21,226 nucleotides of DNA from positions 167,240,019-167,261,244 of the forward strand of contig JANKJI020000002.1 in NCBI GenBank assembly GCA_024626585.2. The letters are read 5' to 3'. Below the pieces are notes generated by a model. It was not told the origin of the DNA, made no database searches, and saw nothing but the letters and a program-made list of their open reading frames with translations. The position numbers and the translations under genes are program-made. Below are positions 9,846-19,301 of the stretch, piece by piece; positions within the stretch are counted from its first letter, which is position 1; each line of letters opens with the position of its first letter. This DNA comes from Ginkgo biloba (taxonomy: Eukaryota > Plantae > Ginkgophyta).

Positions 9846-10628
9846 ATTCCATAAGGATATTCTACACATCCTTAGTATTGGAGGATATCTAACTCACACT
9901 TTAGATGATGTAGCAGGGATTAGAAATTTATTTATAGTGTGGTGTAAGTCAAACACTCATGAACTTATATAAGAACAAATCAATTCATAGAAAAATAACA
10001 TGCATGCATATCAAATTCAATTAAAGCCCTTGTATAACCAATTCTTACAAGTGTGTAATCCTCTAAGTTAGGATCCCTTAGATAGATTGCAATATGATTA
10101 TGCCTATAGTAAAAATTAAAATTTTAAATCTAATTAAAACTCCCTCTTCCCCAAATCATAGTTAACATAAGAAAAAAATTAGAAAAAATAACATCCAAGT
10201 AGAACTCTAACCAAATTTAGCATAAGATATTGTAATATTATCTTCCTACATGAGTTGTGCTACACTATCGCACATTGAAAACAACCTCCTCTAAAGTATA
10301 GGCTTTATCACCCCACATTCCCTCTTATTGATAACTATGTAGGATAGTGCTCCCAAAGTGTGGGGAGTAGTAGCGAGGTCAATAGTATGGTATTTTTTCC
10401 ATTTCCTTATCAATTTCCCTATTTCTAAAAATATAAGCATATGTATAATTAATCCCCATTAAAATTCAAGAAAATAAATTTTTAAATACACAAAGTGTAT
10501 GTGATACAATACATATAAATATCTGATTNNNNNNNNNNNNNNNNNNNNNNNNNNNNNNNNNNNNNNNNNNNNNNNNNNNNNNNNNNNNNNNNNNNNNNNN
10601 NNNNNNNNNNNNNNNNNNNNNNNNNNNN

Positions 10629-10895
10629 TTTCAGCTCTGCAAAGTCCAGACCTACCTTAACACCATGAAAGTCTGAAAAATAATCTCAACATTTTTGGAT
10701 AAAGTTGAGGACTTCATCTCTCATACCTAAGAGATTCCCAGAGTACATAAGAAGGTTCATAGTTGCATTAATCGCCTCAGGGGAAAGTTGACTTTATCTT
10801 GCATGGAAACGACTGATTTTATTAGTCAGCCATTAGCGTTGAGAATGGATCAACAAATTTCTATGGGATGCTTCTTTGCAGGATTCACAGTATTT
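10629..10895 (-). other. Short decayed reading frame of unknown identity, probably a TE accessory-ORF fragment
   Basis: One minus frame gives about 88 protein-like codons with three stops of the CAA/CGA>TAA/TGA type: CESCKEASHRNLLIHSQR*WLTNKISRFHAR*SQLSPEAINATMNLLMYSGNLLGMRDEVLNFIQKC*DYFSDFHGVKVGLDFAELK. No family recognised. Confidence 0.3.
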
Positions 10896-12778
10896 AAAAA
10901 TTGAACTTAATTGGTCAACAAGAATTTTTTGGGGTATTTTAAACTCACAATTTTATTTCTTTTAAGATTTCTATGTACTCAAAATGTGCTAGGGATGGAT
11001 AACAAAATACTTTCAGTATTATTGTACACTCAATCTTGTTGAGAATTATGAACACAGTCTGCACAAGCTCTATGTTATGGACATAAGACTTTTCAAAAGG
11101 CATCACATACAAGAGTTAGACAAAGTTGTCAATGGAGGAATCCTTCAAAACATTATCACTTTATCAACAAACAATACTAATTAGTTTCTAAATATTCTTA
11201 GAAACACACCTTTAAAATTGCCAAACATGGTCTAGTGGCATGCTAACATTGAGTGCATTTTGAATGACAACTATTCAATTATCCAATAGGATATTAATCT
11301 AAGTTTATCAATCATAATTTTAACTTTGACAGCTATGTAGTGGCCATATATACATTAGTGACACATGTTAGCACATGTCATAATGCAAAATACAAGTACA
11401 AAGGATAGACGCATGAATTCCCCTCAATGGTATATATGTCCTACAATACATCCAAACAATGTAATCATTTTTTTTATTTTTTACAACTCTTGATCCTATA
11501 TAAATCATCCTAAACCATTTTTGTGCCAGAGTACACTAGATAAGGGGTCTAGCTTATACTAAATAGGACCCACCATGCATGTAATTAACATGATACACCC
11601 TTAAGATAATGTATCCAATTATAAACTAGTAATAGTAAATTAATAATACATAACATAAGGATGCAATATTGGTGGTAATGGGTAAATAGGGGTAAATAAG
11701 GGCATGTAACCAAAATAAAGGATGATTGGAGATAATTATTAATAGTAAGAAGGGATGGTTAAGGGTGGTTATAGGCAATAATGAGTGAGCAATCTTGATC
11801 AAGGTTAAATAAGGGCAATTTTGAGTAATAATATTAACTAAAAAAGAGATGACTAGTGATTGTTAGGGGTAATTAGGGGTCATTATGAGTGATTAAGAAT
11901 CATTTACAATAGAATGGGAAGATAGGTGAAAGAGAGACATATATTATTGTTTGAAATCATAAGCCCTTTCAACATATTATAATTTAATTGAATTGAAAGA
12001 AACAATTTGATTTATATATGGTATTTAACTATGGAAAAATTATATGAGTGTCAGATATTATATTTCATCCCAAAAAATCTCCCATTGGCAAGCTTAACCT
12101 CTACCATAATGTATTATCTTATTTATATTATGTATCTAAAATAAAACCTATGAGGGTAATGCAATACCTTTGTGTCATACATGGAAACAAATATTTACCA
12201 AGATCAATGCAATAAAATGCATTAGAATTTTGGTGATAGAGATATTCTTGAAACATTTAATAATATGTGTGTGGTTTTTGATGTACTAGTTTGTGTTCTA
12301 TATTTCAGTACCAATCGTGGAATATTTATAATGTGATACTTCTTGCATAAAAATAGACATATATACCATAACTACTCATAACAACTATGTCATATGTAAA
12401 GTGGCACAATATATTTTAAAGTAGCACTAAATATACCACAATGTGGTAAAAGAAAAATTTCCTTTATGAGGAAAATAATGTAAAATTTACACCTTAAAAG
12501 AAACTTCCAAATGATCATGTGGTAGAAAAAATGCATTAAATCACAAACCTTCAATCATGTAGAGAACAACTAGACATGGCATTTAGAAGTCCTACCTTAT
12601 TAGTGAACAGGGTCAATGTCATCTTCAAGTAAAATAGATCTCATGGAAAAGAAAATTAATTAGTGATATTTCTCTTATGTTTCAAATGTACTAGGGACCA
12701 TTTCTTTCTAAGAGAGAAGAATTGATGATATATAGATAACTACTTAGTTTAGTTAATTAAACCATTGATGTGTCATTA

Positions 12779-12948
12779 GGGCACAAGGGGACTTAGCATA
12801 TAGTCCTATGGGGCCTCATTTTATTAAGGGTTTTGACCATGAGGAATCCTATGTAAGGATTATTTATTTGGGGCATAAGGGGGCCTAGCATGTGGTCTTA
12901 TAAGGTCTAGTCTTATTAAGAGCTATGACCATGAAGAATCCTATAAGG
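12779..12948. repeat. Diverged tandem duplication, period 92 bp, two copies
   Basis: GGGCACAAGGGGACTTAGCATATAGTCCTATGGGGCCT...TTATTAAG...TGACCATGAGGAATCCTAT (from 12779) versus GGGCATAAGGGGGCCTAGCATGTGGTCTTATAAGGTCT...TTATTAAG...TGACCATGAAGAATCCTAT (from 12871). The differences are mostly transitions. Confidence 0.85.
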
Positions 12949-13333
12949 TCACTATGTCCAAATATATTTTTCTAGTAAATTATTAATACCCCCATTATAA
13001 ATGCATGCTAAGATAAATAGTCAAATTGATGGACTATTCAAATATAACCTTGAACATTCCTTTATACCATCTATAGTCTTAATTTACATTTATGTTAATA
13101 TTAAAATTTAATCAAAATTATAATAACCCATCACATTATCTATTTAATATAAATGTGTTAATGTACCTTCTACCTACTTTCCTATCAATAAATCGCCTAG
13201 AAAAAATTTAGGTAGTAATATAATCAAACAAGCATCTGCATATATTCAACATCATTCCTGATGAATTATTCTAAATAGGTTTTGCATACATTTCCAAGCA
13301 AAATTCTATTTCAAATCATTTTTAAAGTTTATT

Positions 13334-14220
13334 TGATGTAGGGGCGTCGATCGTTGGTTAATGGGAAGCCTATCATGTTGGCGAATACACCTACCGATAC
13401 AAATGCGATAACTTTTAACAATGAAAAAAAAAATTAGACTACTCAAATGAGTCTAACACGAGATAAACCAACACTTCAAATGCACATGAAAATCCTAAAA
13501 TGATGTTTTTAACTAGAGAAACCCTCTCAGGGAATAAAACTCTAAATTTCATGAAGTCATAATCATTGACCATAACAACAACCCAAAAATGGCTCTTCCT
13601 CACTACCAGAGGGTCATTACAATCATTTGTTGTCATACCATAGAGTACAACCAACAACACAATTCCTTGTGTTGCCCTTATTGGCGAGTCTACCTGAGGT
13701 TAATCAACTAACTTGCTCATCGACGGAATCCTCAATGCCTCTATCGACTGCCTTAAGTCTAGCACTTTGTCGAGTCTTCAATTCCATCTTTAAGTTACCT
13801 CTATCGACAATTCTACTTAGGATAATCACTATTGTTCCACTAAGCTACCTCCTCGACGATCTGCCCAGTGTTCCAAATTACAAACTCATCTTTGCCTTCT
13901 TGGCTCAAAGACTTCGGGCCCTATAGGTATCCACAACATCAACCCTGCACCAATTTACTCAAACTATCTTTCACTTCATAATCTATCTCTCATCTTCAAT
14001 CCACCTTCTTGTTTTAGGTTTTTCTCCTTCTCACCCTTCAATTGTCTTGAGCACCACAAAACTCATAATGAACCCTTCTCCTTCTCCTAGCTTCACCAAT
14101 TCACTCGTGTATATTAACCTCTTTTCTTCTTCTCTTAGGGCTTTTATGCTTGATTTGAAAGCCTGTGCATGAATGTTCTCCTTCCCTCTAATGGATTAGT
14201 TGTTGAGGATTAATTTCTCT
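13334..14220 (-). mobile_element. Probable retroelement fragment with retained CpGs and a decayed K/E/R-rich frame
   Basis: Composition changes sharply at TGATGTAGGGGCGTCGATCG (13334), a possible terminus (...CTACATCA on minus). TCGA recurs, with CTCTATCGAC twice 60 bp apart (about 13739 and 13799). The purine-rich minus strand reads ALREEEKRL...KTRQSARLKAVDRG with stops. No diagnostic domain. Confidence 0.3.
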
Positions 14221-14320
14221 NNNNNNNNNNNNNNNNNNNNNNNNNNNNNNNNNNNNNNNNNNNNNNNNNNNNNNNNNNNNNNNNNNNNNNNNNNNNNNNN
14301 NNNNNNNNNNNNNNNNNNNN

Positions 14321-15720
14321 AAATCCATCTTCCTATATGTTTAATCCTACTTTAGGATAATTCCACAAGGTGATTGATTTAGTGGCATGGGGAAAACCCC
14401 CATGAAGTATCTTATGCCAACTTTAACCAATATAGTGCTTTAAATTTGTTTGAAGCTTCATTAGGAATGGATTCAAATTAAGGCCATATTTGCATAATGG
14501 TCATGACTTTTTTCAACTTATGCAACTTTTTATGTTATACATCTATGATAGTACTATCTCTACCATTAATGAGTGTTTCAATTTGGTAATCTTTAAAAAT
14601 ATGCTTTGATTGATGAGGTTTATATCTTGGACATCATCCAAATATACCTTCTTGAATATATTTCTCCTAATACTAAGGATTGCAAATTCTTAGTTATACT
14701 TAGAGAGAGACAATTATATTAGAATGATACAAATTCTATGTGCTTACATCCTAATCAAAGATTATCTTTGTTAAGAAACACTTGAACTCCTAAGCTACAT
14801 GTTAGTTGGGTCTATTATTCTTGAAATTCTAGAGAGAATTTTTCCAATAACTCTCTAATTTTTTCTTTGCCTTTACTATATACTTAGTTATATACTTCAA
14901 CACTATATATCAAAGGTCTTTGCATAGTATTTTTTGTTGCTTCGATGTGTATTTTCTAGTTGTGTGCATTTACTATATTATTATATCATTAAGTCCCATA
15001 CTTCTTATGACCCTTCTTATCTATATATAGTCATAACTTTGCACAACTTCCAAGGTTTCTTGTATTAGCATATGATTGTACATCATTTTTTAGAGATATA
15101 ACACCTCACTACATATGGTCTAATGCTCTACTCAATTAAGGATCTCCTAGTAATTTCAATCAACAAATTAAGGGAATATCCATATCATATATAATAAGCA
15201 CAAATCATATCATAATTTGGGATGAACTTAGATGTTTCTTTAATATTGGCCATGAGGATTATTCACATGAAGTATTATGTTGAAAACTTCTTTAATAATG
15301 TGCTTAAACTAAACCATTCTAAATTAGTATATCCATATCCAAAGAAAGCCATGAGAAATCATGGATGGAGATAGACACATTATGTTTCCATTGATACTTG
15401 GACCAAGAGTCTTTTTATAGCATTTATTTTCAAAACATTGAGTGTACTTAGAATGAATATTCATAAACAAATCACGTAACCAGTTAATGAAATTTTAATG
15501 TCTACATAAATGCACTCCTTTGGGTCATCATGTGGTGTAATAAGCATTAACTTGAACAAGTTACACCATTGTACATCCATCCCATGAAGTGTAATAATAT
15601 GGTTTGATAACCAATAAGCATACCATATGCATGAGTTCTAATCAATGCTTATTTAATATATGCAAGGCCCTTTAAGGTTCCCACTAAATTGTATGACACT
15701 AATTTTGGCCAACTGAACAT
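14321..15720 (-). mobile_element. Degenerate Helitron Rep (HUH endonuclease) region
   Basis: Minus strand, correct motif order with frameshifts. Motif-1 region GTLKG...ELMHMV...MDVQWCNLFKLM (about 15690-15545; cf. FFTLSAADxQWPDL). Motif 2 DSWSKYQWKHNVSISIHDFSWL (about 15411-15345; cf. YEWQHRGSxHxHGFLWL). Motif 3 VLKYITKYIVKAKKKLESY (about 14903-14848; YxxKY). Then FD*DVST* (cf. RDxSAQE) and IMQIWP*FESIP. No helicase domain before the gap. Confidence 0.85.
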
Positions 15721-16180
15721 TAAGGCTTCTTTTGGATTTTTGCATAAGATTATAGATGGCGATAAGTGTTTATTCCTCCTGTTTCATTTTCACAAAAATA
15801 ATAACTATCTTAAACCCTAATGTCTATGCAAATCTAAACTCAACCATAAATCATGGAAAACATCCCTTTGACTAAAGGCAACCCACTATAAGGAGTCTAA
15901 ATCTAAATTCCTATGGTAAATAAGCCCATATTAATGCATGTATAAGAAAAAATAAAATTTTAAGATCATTTTGTTAATTTATGGATGCAATGCATAATGA
16001 CAACACATGTAGTAATAGTGCATGTAGTAACAATGTAGAAAGTAGGGACAAATTATATACTTACAAATTATGGTACTTACATGGTCAAACTAAAGAATTT
16101 AAAAATGCCAAATGGTTCCCTAGATCAAAACGTCTCACATAAATGTTTATTAAAATATTATAACATTAATAGGTTCTTAT

Positions 16181-16730
16181 GATGTCGAGCGGTTTGGTGC
16201 TCTGCTAGGGTTTTACCCTGCAGAGGCAGATGTATTTCGATCGGCGGATTCGTGTTTGGGGGCGTTACAACTTCAGCGGCCTTCTCGCTCCAGCTTTCCT
16301 CGAAGGATCTTGGTTTGAGGTTTCGTGTAGCTGTGCATCCCAGTCTCATTCTCTCAAGTGGCGGCGAGACTTTAGCTTTCCCTATTTCTCCATTTCAGAG
16401 TGCTCGATGGTATTATCTGCTTTGGTCACTTTGTTTTTCTTTGGTTCTCAGCGGTGGCAGTTTGGGGCCGTTTCCTTCTTCTGCTATGTTGGTTTCAAAG
16501 TGTGACATTAGGTGGTTGTCGGGGATGACATGTTGTGAGGTGCATCCTCAGTTGTACTTTGGCCCCAGGGGGGCGCTTTTTGGTTTTGTATTTGTTCTCT
16601 CTGGTGCGGCAATGTCTTATTTCTCTTAGATCCTGAAGGGGTCCTTTCTGCTCTGTTCTCTTCCATTCTTTACAACTTCAACCCTTTGTTGTCTGTGGAA
16701 AGGAGTTTGGCATTAAGGAACTTCTGTATC
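16181..16730 (+). other. CpG-retaining, A-poor GC-richer segment (young repeat or unmethylated element)
   Basis: About 19 CpGs counted in 16181-16610, against near absence in the flanks. Strong T/G over A skew on plus, a sharp left boundary and a telo-box TAGGGTTT at 16206-16213. The overlapping ORFs have no recognisable domain. Confidence 0.6.
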
Positions 16731-17775
16731 NNNNNNNNNNNNNNNNNNNNNNNNNNNNNNNNNNNNNNNNNNNNNNNNNNNNNNNNNNNNNNNNNNNNNN
16801 NNNNNNNNNNNNNNNNNNNNNNNNNNNNNNTAATGATCTTTAAAACCCATGAGGTGCATCACATATTCTTAAAGGCATATGTAGCATACTCGTTATTGAA
16901 AATAATTAGCCTCTCTGGTTTAATGAAATAGGAAAGTAAAGGCCATGTCAAATAACCTCTCCATGTTGAACTCATTCACTATAAATAGGTCAAGGTTAGG
17001 CCAACTAATGACATCCCCCATGATGGTGTCTTATTCCTCTACCTATATATGAATATAATCTAACCCAAGAAGTGCAATTAATGGCTCAGTTGCCAATGAA
17101 TTTCATTATTTAGAAGATAGTCCTCCTCTTCCACTAAGCTAAAATCTAGGTAGTTCCATGTACAAAATATCAAGATAAGACTATTGAAATTATTAAAGAG
17201 AAAATAAATGAAGAACATAAAATTGTATAATAGGAAAAAAATTACTATAGTTTCTCTTTATCATATCTTCTTGTGTGGCTCTCTCTTGCTCATAATTTTG
17301 TTCCTTCATCTATAATGAAGAAACAGGAAATGTAGGATCATGTTGTGCAAACCACAAATAAAATCCTTATTACTTAATTTGTCTAATACTTAACAACCAA
17401 ATCATCACTTAAGTAGTTAAAACGATTCATTTACAATTTTTAGATCTCATGAATGGCTATTTTAGTCAAATCATCTAATATTCATGTTATGTGATTCTAT
17501 TGGTTTCATTTTTTCCCCATTTTATAGGAGAGAATTTCACCATGAGTAATTCAAGAGGCTCATCATACCCCCTCCTCAAAAACTTGGTTGATTATATGCC
17601 TATAGGTGGAATTAATATTAAATTGAAAGTAGTTTCAAACATTTGTGGTACGAATGCACACTCAAGTTCAAAGTGATTAGAAATTTAGCATTAAAGTAAA
17701 AAATATATATATTCACCTCATGCATAATTTATAAGGACATTAACCCATGATAGTAATTGCTTACAACAAATTCTA

Positions 17776-18018
17776 TATTAGAAGTGCGAATCGTCGATCC
17801 ATATGGGAATGCTTTGTTTCCACTAATATTTAGGCAAAAACTTTCAACTTGGGAAAGTTAAAGTCTAATAGAGATCTGCCTCCTTAAACACACATAACTT
17901 TTAATATTAACACAATCTAAGAATCTAAAATGAAAAGATGTCAATTGTTTGTAATTTAAGTGATCATAAATAGTAAACAATCAAGAATTTACAATTTTAG
18001 TGATCATAAATAGTAAAC
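17776..18018 (-). mobile_element. Probable 3' end of a gypsy (Athila-like) LTR on the minus strand
   Basis: TATTAGAAGTGCGAATCGTCGATCCATATGGGAA reads as a deaminated TGTTGGAAGTGCG...GTCGATCCACACGGGAA, resembling the reverse of the CCC-GTGG-TCGAC...GCACTT...CA motif near Athila-type LTR ends. Pattern recognition only. Confidence 0.4.
17941..18018. repeat. 40-bp tandem repeat, at least two copies, running into a gap
   Basis: AGTGATCATAAATAGTAAAC occurs identically at 17959-17978 and 17999-18018, and the preceding 18 nt are also similar. Confidence 0.85.
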
Positions 18019-18118
18019 NNNNNNNNNNNNNNNNNNNNNNNNNNNNNNNNNNNNNNNNNNNNNNNNNNNNNNNNNNNNNNNNNNNNNNNNNNNNNNNNNN
18101 NNNNNNNNNNNNNNNNNN

Positions 18119-18844
18119 TCTAATAAGTTAAAATCCCAAATTCTCATGGACCAAAAAATAATCAAATAGAGTGAAGGATACTTCAGGATTCAAAGTTTGA
18201 AGATTCAGGAGACATAAGTAAAGGCTTTACCATATCAAAATACCGAAGGTCACAAACCCAAAAATCAATAAAATAAAGTTCATTTAGAGTTTGGGACTCA
18301 AATTTTGGGAGTGGATTAAAGAGGCAATTTGGTACACCACAAGGAAAAACCTCAAACAAGGGAAATTTTTGAACTCATGCTTTAAGAGAGGTCCCCATGA
18401 ACAATAAAGGAAAGTGAATAGTTTTCAAATACCATTCCAAATTATTGGTTATGATTAAGGTAATTGGAAAGATGACTGAAATAGGTCTGAGAAGGAAGAC
18501 TAAAAGGCTAGGAGAAAGAGAAATAAGGTTTCACTCAAAAGGGAACATAGTGAATCGAAAAATAATTAAAGGAGAATAGAAGTAGTTATAATAGAAAGAG
18601 AGAACCAATGCCTATGTAAGACTCTATTAACATGCATCCTTAAAACAAAATTAGTAGGCACTAGAGTTGTTGCTCTTGTTGTAATACTCTTGAATTTTCT
18701 TTCATTTAATGTAGTTTGGAGTTTTTCTACTCCAAGAGTATTTTCTCTAGTTAAAAACGTCTTTGTCACCATGTGTGTTTGGATTCTTTTAGCCCTTGAA
18801 TGTTAATTGTTCAAGTGATAAGACCGCTTGAAAGTTTATCAACA
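18119..18844 (+). mobile_element. Probable LTR fragment (3' part)
   Basis: A purine-rich stretch switches near 18660 to a T-rich tract (GAGTTTTTCTACTCCAAGAGTATTTTCTC...TGTGTGTT) and ends ...AAGTTTATCAACA (18844), a typical LTR terminus. No PBS follows. Confidence 0.4.
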
Positions 18845-19004
18845 CAGAGGTAAATGTTAATAATTCTGTTGTAGGTGCCATTGGAGAATTTTGACTTCTC
18901 CATTGGAAAAATAGATCACTCTATTAAGCTTTGCAACATAGATTATCATTAGAATACAAAGGCATATGAAATATTCATATATATTTTAATTTGACACTCA
19001 AGCA

Positions 19005-19301
19005 TGTTGGAATAATTAATGTTTAGTCACCCTTTTATGTTTAGTCATTGTAATTGTTGTAATTGTACATTATGTGTTAATGATGTAATTAATTATTCCT
19101 AATCATAACTTCCGAAAGAAGTTATGATGAGGAGGTTATTGTTTGGGTGTCTATTTAATAGACCCCGTACCCATTGTATTATATATTCAGCCATCGAGTA
19201 CTGCAATAAAAATAAAATCAGTGATAGANNNNNNNNNNNNNNNNNNNNNNNNNNNNNNNNNNNNNNNNNNNNTGTATGTTCTCGATTTTCCTCAATTACC
19301 A
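19005..19301 (+). mobile_element. Candidate short copia-type LTR
   Basis: Begins TGTTGGAATAAT (19005), has a TATA-like CTATTTAATA (19151-19160), AATAAA at 19205 and a possible ...AATTACCA end (19301) after a 44-N gap. No matching target-site duplication (AAGCA versus CTGTG). Confidence 0.4.

Larger units (their letters stand above)
1136..19272. other. Nine assembly gaps
   Basis: 100-N gaps at 1136-1235, 8181-8280, 10529-10628, 14221-14320, 16731-16830 and 18019-18118. Other gaps at 4847-5088 (242 N), 6524-6533 (10 N) and 19229-19272 (44 N). Confidence 0.99.

Noticed and set aside
9906-10200. Possible reverse LTR end starting TGATGTAGC
   Set aside because: Only a terminal-like motif and A-rich composition support it. 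No partner LTR, PBS, PPT or target-site duplication was found.
10656-10672. Apparent 17-nt micro-exon on minus (ttatttttcag|ACTTTCATGGTGTTAAG|gtaggt), phase-compatible with the HMCES exon
   Set aside because: It would give TFMVLS before YRPSYN, unlike SRAP sequences. It lies inside a longer decayed frame, the neighbouring candidate intron is only 54 nt, and it is two placeholder gaps away.
11863-11880. TTAGGGG motifs as interstitial telomeric repeat
   Set aside because: Only two non-contiguous copies, and they are not the plant TTTAGGG unit.
4585-15720. HMCES + RNase H + integrase + HUH Rep as a co-functional module, like prokaryotic SRAP neighbourhoods
   Set aside because: All components except the exon are dead TE fragments of different classes, strands and ages, separated by placeholder gaps. 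Nothing suggests co-selection.
16158-16629. Three overlapping ORFs (63-125 aa) in the GC-richer island as genes
   Set aside because: No recognisable domain. The A-poor composition suppresses stop codons, which explains the open frames.
19105-19125. ATAACTTC...GAAGTTAT resembles the outer arms of loxP
   Set aside because: Only 8 of the 13 bp per arm match, with 5 nt rather than 18 nt between them. This is coincidence within a native hairpin.
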